Assembly: GCA_018673925.1 (NCBI GenBank)
Contig: JABHBL010000088.1
Coordinates: 2,516-66,515, forward strand
Source: Fidelibacterota bacterium
GTDB lineage: Bacteria; Fidelibacterota; UBA8477; JABMPR01
DNA length: 64,000 bases
Direction: 5' to 3'
The notes under the pieces are model-generated. The model saw nothing but the letters and a program-made list of their open reading frames with translations, did not search any database and was not told where the DNA came from. Of this stretch, positions 58,773 through 64,000 are shown piece after piece (positions within the stretch are counted from its first letter, which is position 1; each line of letters begins with the position of its first letter). Both the position numbers and the translations under genes were made by a program.

Positions 58773-59995
58773 TGGGTAATTTTAGATATATCGCTGTCGA
58801 TACAAAGGGCAAGCGTACCGAAGGGACGCTGGGTGGTTTTACACGTGAAGAAGTTAGTGCTGAGTTACGACGGATGGGTCTCAAACCTGTCAGCGTAGAA
58901 CCAGTTCGTAAGAAAAAGAGAGAATGGAAGCTCAGTGAAATAAATCTCAGCCCTCCCAAAATTGATCCAGCATTACAGGTAGTATTTTTTCGTGAACTTT
59001 CAACTTTGCTTGATGCCGGAATTCAATTGGTGGATGCAATTTCAATTATTCAATTGCAGTTCGAGGATAAAAACTTCCAAAAAGCTATTGGGGAGATTCT
59101 GGTCTTTGTAAAGTCAGGTCACCCCTTTTCAGATGCACTCGCTGAGCATAAGCACATTTTCCCACCCTTTGTAATCTCATTGGTCACTGCTGCCGAGATG
59201 GGTGGAGGCCTGGATAAGATTCTGACTCAGATTGCTGTGTATATTGAAAAAGAAGATGATGTGCGTAAGCGTCTTAGCTCCGCAACCAGTTATCCAAAAT
59301 TTATCGGAATGTTTTTTGCCGTCGTTCTCATGGGAGTGATGTTTGGACTCATGCCTAAATTCGCGGATATTTTTGCCAGTTTTGGTGCAGAGTTGCCCTT
59401 CTCCACTCAGATCATGATAAATCTCAGTGATTTCCTCCGAAATAATCTCATCATAGAAGCCATTCTGATTGGTGGTCTTTGGATTGGATTTAAGGCATTT
59501 GCGGCCTCACCTAAGGGAAAATACTTCATTGATAAGCATATCTTCAAATTGCCGGTGGCTGGCCACATTATTCACAAATCAATGGTTTCTAGATTCGCCA
59601 AGACGCTATCAGTCTTGATCCGCGCTGAAGTTTCTATCGTAAATGCGCTAAAGATAGCGGGAAACACGTCTGACAATGAATACATCAAGGAGATTACCGA
59701 ACATGTCGCCTTGCAGGTCACACATGGCCGTAGTATGGGTGGACAATTGGCAAAATACACTGATGTCTTCCCTATCATGGTTAGTTCCATGATAACTGTT
59801 GGAGAGAAATCTGGTGCTCTTGCAATCATGCTCGAAAAGATTTCTGAATTTCATGAAGCTGATTTTAACACTGCAGTAGATAAGTTATCCAAAACCATAG
59901 AACCAATCATTATGGGTGGCCTTGGCGTTGTTATCAGTATCATTATCGTCACGCTCTATCTGCCCATTTTCCAGATGAGTTCTGCTATCCATTAA
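58772..59995 (+). CDS. pilC: Type IV pilus / T2SS inner membrane platform protein (PilC/GspF)
   Basis: FFRELSTLLDAGI, SYP, GEKSGAL, IEP, LYLPIF. Confidence 0.92.
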   Translation: MGNFRYIAVDTKGKRTEGTLGGFTREEVSAELRRMGLKPVSVEPVRKKKREWKLSEINLSPPKIDPALQVVFFRELSTLLDAGIQLVDAISIIQLQFEDKNFQKAIGEILVFVKSGHPFSDALAEHKHIFPPFVISLVTAAEMGGGLDKILTQIAVYIEKEDDVRKRLSSATSYPKFIGMFFAVVLMGVMFGLMPKFADIFASFGAELPFSTQIMINLSDFLRNNLIIEAILIGGLWIGFKAFAASPKGKYFIDKHIFKLPVAGHIIHKSMVSRFAKTLSVLIRAEVSIVNALKIAGNTSDNEYIKEITEHVALQVTHGRSMGGQLAKYTDVFPIMVSSMITVGEKSGALAIMLEKISEFHEADFNTAVDKLSKTIEPIIMGGLGVVISIIIVTLYLPIFQMSSAIH

Positions 59996-60559
59996 ATCTA
60001 CCTGTTTCACCCCCTTTCGAAACTCAGATTCTATTGCCTATAGTACATCACCTGATAGCTATGTTCAGGGGGCTGGATTAAACTTTCAGTTTTGCAAAAT
60101 ACATTTACAAAATACTTGTCTTTTTGTGATTAATATTGATCTCCCATTATTTAAGTAGTTCATAGGAATGGCTATGGGTAGGGGTTTATATAGGTTTTTA
60201 CATGAAGTTTTTCAAAGCGATAAATCGTCATAATAATGCTACATTCTACGTGAAGTGGCTAGTAAATTTATGGGACAAAAAGGCGAAGGACCTTAATATG
60301 AGCAGGTTGTTAACATAATATTACAGCATTCATATACTATTGTATATTATGATATTACAAGTATAAATAATTCCGAGTGTAAGGATTTTCCTTATTAATA
60401 AATAGGGAATACCTCTTGGAATAGGGGTATTGCTGTTCTAATTTTAAGACATCTTAGTGGAATCGCTCTTTGTAATTGTTACATATTATCGAATAGCATA
60501 TTTATGTTACATGAATTATGTAACTGTTTATTGTGCACTTATGGCAACAGCTTTGTAAT

Positions 60560-60575
60560 TGGCATAACCTTTGAA
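60560..60575 (+). promoter_or_regulatory. Putative sigma54 promoter of the pilin genes (-24 TGGCAT, variant -12 TTGA)
   Basis: TGGCAT-AACCT-TTGAA, 100 bp upstream of the pilin ATG; correct -24/-12 spacing with GA in place of GC. Confidence 0.6.
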
Positions 60576-60674
60576 GCTTATTAAGTCCATGAAGGCGATT
60601 GTATTTATCAGGAACAACAAATGCGATCCGCTGAACAAACGTAAAAAAAAAGTCCTTAGAGGAGGATATTAAAA

Positions 60675-61073
60675 ATGAAAAGAAATAGTGGTTTTTCACT
60701 AGTCGAGCTGATGATCGTGATTGTGATCATTGGTGTTTTGGCAGCTGTTGCAGTGCCAATCTATAGTAACAATGTAATGAAAGCTAAAATGAGTGAAGCT
60801 GATGCTGCTCTTGGTAGTATCATAACACAACTTCGTGTGTATTATGGCGAAAATGGGCAGTATCCAAGTCCATACACAGATGTTGCAGTAGTAGGTGCAG
60901 CCTGGAACGACATCAATACTGGCGAGCTTGCTGGTAAATACTTCGGAGATGCACAGTATACATATACAAGTGCTGCCGTTGATTCTTTCACCATTACTTG
61001 TGCTGCCAATGGCATTCTGGAGGCGGCTCGTACGCTTGACCAGTCTGGAACCTTAGCAGGCGGTACTAATTAG
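60675..61073 (+). CDS. pilA: Major type IV pilin
   Basis: Class III signal MKRNSG|FSLVELMIVIVIIGVLAAVAVP; strong GGAGG RBS. Confidence 0.9.
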   Translation: MKRNSGFSLVELMIVIVIIGVLAAVAVPIYSNNVMKAKMSEADAALGSIITQLRVYYGENGQYPSPYTDVAVVGAAWNDINTGELAGKYFGDAQYTYTSAAVDSFTITCAANGILEAARTLDQSGTLAGGTN

Positions 61074-61096
61074 TAACACCCTTTAGGGTAGGATAT

Positions 61097-61525
61097 TTGA
61101 CATTGAGGAATAATCAAGGTTATACCCTCGTTGAGGTTATGGTCTCAGCCACGCTTCTTGCAATCATTGTTCTAGGTACTATGCAGTACTTCACATTGAG
61201 TCGCTGGGAAGTTGAAAAGGGGATCAGAGCTCAACTAGCATGGGCAGATATGGCCTCCCGCATGGAAAAAGCCATCGACCTTGGTTATGATTCACTTCAA
61301 GATAGTCTACCTGAAACTTCGGTATCCCTGGTACTTAACGGTATACAGGGATACCGTACTACTATCGTCACCTCAATCGATGATAGCTCCGATGGATATT
61401 GGCCCGCAGACACCTCCCAACCCGATTACTACGATGTAACTATTAAATTTGCCTGGTTTACCACCGACAACATCACTGATAGTCTTAGCTGCAGTTTCTC
61501 TGAGGAACGTGGCTGGACTTATTGA
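61097..61525 (+). CDS. Minor pilin (PilV-like)
   Basis: NNQG|YTLVEVMV prepilin motif. Confidence 0.85.
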   Translation: MTLRNNQGYTLVEVMVSATLLAIIVLGTMQYFTLSRWEVEKGIRAQLAWADMASRMEKAIDLGYDSLQDSLPETSVSLVLNGIQGYRTTIVTSIDDSSDGYWPADTSQPDYYDVTIKFAWFTTDNITDSLSCSFSEERGWTY

Positions 61526-61531
61526 TGACTC

Positions 61532-62035
61532 ATGTCCTTCCGCAATAATAAAGGTTTTTCTCTTGTTGAACTGACATCCGCAATGGTAGCCAGTGCAATT
61601 TTAGTTATCGGATTTGGCTCGGTGATCGTGATGAGCCGTCAACAATTGTCTGATACGAATACCCGTGTAGGATTAGGTTACGATCAGGTCATTGTTGATC
61701 GTTATATCCGCACAAAACTCACCTCCACAGTTAGTGACTCCATGCGAATTTATGCTGACGCAGCTGATGAATTATCCAATACGACAAGTACTTCCGGAAC
61801 TATTCTAAGGGCCGTTGATGCAGACTCAAGTATTTACCACCTAGATCTTACCAATAATACGTTACTCTGGGTAACTGATGACTCCATCTCTCATAACCCC
61901 GTCGATTCTGAGATTTCAGACCTTCTTTTTACTGAGAGAGTTGGCAATATTGGCAAAATTTTAAATGTTAGTATGAATTTAATCTCCGATGAAGATACGC
62001 TCGAAGTCACCTGGAGCATCACCCTCAGAAATTAG
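61532..62035 (+). CDS. Minor pilin (PilW-like)
   Basis: NNKG|FSLVELTS prepilin motif. Confidence 0.85.
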   Translation: MSFRNNKGFSLVELTSAMVASAILVIGFGSVIVMSRQQLSDTNTRVGLGYDQVIVDRYIRTKLTSTVSDSMRIYADAADELSNTTSTSGTILRAVDADSSIYHLDLTNNTLLWVTDDSISHNPVDSEISDLLFTERVGNIGKILNVSMNLISDEDTLEVTWSITLRN

Positions 62036-62969
62036 CTTTACCCTCTTTCAAATTGGACACCCCAATTCACTAGCTCTGCTTGATTAGATTTTCCTATCAC
62101 ATTTTCTCCATAACTCAAATCAGTTGAGATTATTCGCCTATAAGTAACACGACCGATCCGAATGCAACATTTCAGCACAGCATGTTACTTCGATGCAACT
62201 TTTGAAATTATGAAAGCATGCTTCCCAGCCTTGTCCGTAATTTGATTTCAATCTCAAACACATTTCCACTTATCCTGGTAGATAACTAAGATGCTCTAAC
62301 CCTGAGAGTGACCTAGAAGGGGTTGCATTATAGCATGAAGGGATGACTAGGTATTTTACCTCGCGTTATACCCCCTCTGACGGTCGGCTATTATGAAGAG
62401 GCACACATAGTCCATATATCTAAAGGATCCCCTCCAGATGGATATATGGACGAGATTGCAGCACCTCACAGACAAAGATAGCTATTTCAGGCCCTCATTC
62501 AGGCTATAAAAACAATGCTCAGTCAAGGTGAATCAGATATTGACTACTATTTATTGTATTTACACCCCATTATATACTTATAGTTCTACATATAAGAGAG
62601 TACCTTGAATTAAATCTCATCAATTATCGTAATATTTTGATTACATAGTCCCTGGATAAGGACGATTCACCTGCTTGGCTTATCGCGATTTTACACATCG
62701 CAGCTGGATATGCATACAAATTATTACAGTTGCTTATCATATTGTATCTTTTGTACTTATGCTGTGCTTAATCTCGATTTTCTGTGGTATTTCCACCCTT
62801 TTAGCCCACTTTTCTACTGATATTTTTAGATTTGGTTATAATTATATGACATATTTTGATTACAATGCGACTGGTTTGTGACATAATTATGACGTGATTT
62901 TAGATATGCATATTTTTATGACATGCTTATCTAGTTGTTTTTTTTGGTCTTATCCCCCTGTTGAAATCT

Positions 62970-62985
62970 TGGCACAGCATTTGAA
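62970..62985 (+). promoter_or_regulatory. Putative sigma54 promoter (-24 TGGCAC, variant -12 TTGA)
   Basis: TGGCAC-AGCAT-TTGAA ending 13 bp before ATG 62998. Confidence 0.6.
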
Positions 62986-62997
62986 TATATAATAGGC

Positions 62998-63972
62998 ATG
63001 TTAGTAGCCGTATTAATGATCTTCACAATCTTTTCCTTCACCGGTGTTGCCGTATTGAATGTGTCGTATCTGTCTAACTCCAACTCAATGGAAACCATCA
63101 ACAACATCAAACTTCAGTATGCAACTGAGTCTTCTATTAATGAAGCCTTATGGCGCATCAACACTGGAGTTGACTCTTTAGTGAATTCAGAAGTTGATGG
63201 CGTTATCACTACATGGGACGCTTCATTAAACGTTCTGTCAGTGAACGTTGATAAATTCCAGATGGAATCAGAGATTTTATTAGACCTTTCTGAAGATACT
63301 CACTTTGACCGTGCCCTGGCTTCTGATGAGACTATTACTACTAATGATTATGCAGTGGATGCTGACGATGAAAATCAGTCACGCTTCTTTAGCTTCATGC
63401 CTGAAGTTGATCTTGCTTACTTTACTGACAATGCAGTTGCTACTCATACCCAGAGCTGGTATCAGTGGAATGATTTAGAAGAAGATGATTTCGGTGGAGA
63501 AGGAATCCACGTCTTCACTGGTTGGTTTATTGAATTAAAGAACTGTAGCTTTGAGAACAGCACTCTGGTTTTCACTGGACGTTACATAAATTTTGAACAT
63601 CAGAATGAAATCGATGCTCCTGTTCCTGTTGACAGTGCCGATGCAATGCCTGCTTTAGTTTTCACCAACCCTGACAATTACTTTGAGATCGAAGCTGAAG
63701 GTAAGAACTATGATCGCGAAGATAAGATCAATGGCGCCATCTACACTGCTGGAACTATCGTACTGAAGAAGGGCGAGCTCAGCGGACCCATCGTTGGTAA
63801 GACCATCACCATGGAACACGGTGAAGAGTATAACAACCAGATCGATTTCAAAGATACCGAGCATCCAAAACATTATCGCTGGACCAAGGGTTTCAAACAT
63901 AAAAAGCATTATGACTGGCCAAAACAGATCGGTCGCTGGAAAACTAAGAAGTGGGGAAAGAAACACGCCTAA
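62998..63972 (+). CDS. PilX/GspK-like minor pilin lacking a basic leader peptide
   Basis: Hydrophobic N-terminus without E5 (MLVAVLMIFTIFSF), followed by LQYATESSINEA (PilX-like AxxxAExG region); beta-rich C-terminus (INGAIYTAG, LSGPIVG). Confidence 0.7.
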   Translation: MLVAVLMIFTIFSFTGVAVLNVSYLSNSNSMETINNIKLQYATESSINEALWRINTGVDSLVNSEVDGVITTWDASLNVLSVNVDKFQMESEILLDLSEDTHFDRALASDETITTNDYAVDADDENQSRFFSFMPEVDLAYFTDNAVATHTQSWYQWNDLEEDDFGGEGIHVFTGWFIELKNCSFENSTLVFTGRYINFEHQNEIDAPVPVDSADAMPALVFTNPDNYFEIEAEGKNYDREDKINGAIYTAGTIVLKKGELSGPIVGKTITMEHGEEYNNQIDFKDTEHPKHYRWTKGFKHKKHYDWPKQIGRWKTKKWGKKHA

Positions 63973-64000
63973 ACTTTAAGTCTGCTTAACAACCCGCTTA

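Noticed and set aside
60502..60699. 65-aa minus-strand ORF
   Set aside because: Overlaps the pilin promoter, leader and start; no protein-like features.
60675..61073. Conductive 'e-pilin' candidate (12 aromatic residues in 126; positions 1, 24, 50, 51, 57)
   Set aside because: Aromatics at positions 27 and 32 are missing, the heuristic is contested, and no multiheme cytochromes are in the window.
62675..62881. 68-aa hydrophobic ORF in the pilin gap
   Set aside because: TTG start without RBS in AT-rich DNA carrying the UAS-like motifs; likely spurious.

Overview
A 64 kb bacterial chromosomal window of mostly housekeeping genes. The gene content (hybrid two-component system, secretion-tail protein, Omp85 fusion, sigma70-type promoters, O2-sensitive dehydratase activase) suggests an FCB-group organism such as Ca. 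Marinimicrobia; this is inference only. Left arm (1-20 kb): a spondin-domain lipoprotein with an OmpR-type two-component system, a giant acyl-CoA dehydratase/activase fusion, an acyltransferase, a TPAT (TatT/TatP/TatQM) TRAP transporter, DUF1684, a secreted beta-propeller glycosidase-like protein, a hybrid two-component system (HTCS), and tRNA-Asn with a tRNA-derived repeat. Middle: HIT, an EF-G paralogue, a ~13 kb minus-strand gene run (Omp85 fusion, mlaE, radA, tgt, sfsA, dapF, manC, GAF-PP2C), lpxH, tandem ppk2, a TonB-like receptor, Nudix, MarR, ABC-F, pdp. Right arm: suf operon with a terminal Rrf2 regulator, then a sigma54-type type IV pilus/T2SS locus. The most notable unannotated signals are: (i) a 21-bp-period AraC-type repeat shared between the glycosidase promoter and the TPAT/DUF1684 intergenic region, suggesting a PUL-like HTCS regulon that uses TPAT; (ii) 11-bp-period OmpR-type boxes upstream of the spondin gene; (iii) a tRNA 3'-end duplication with an insertion in the T-loop; (iv) variant sigma54 promoters, a recurring 18-bp UAS-like motif and a possibly leaderless PilX-like gene in the pilus locus. 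No CRISPR array, rRNA or transposase was seen.
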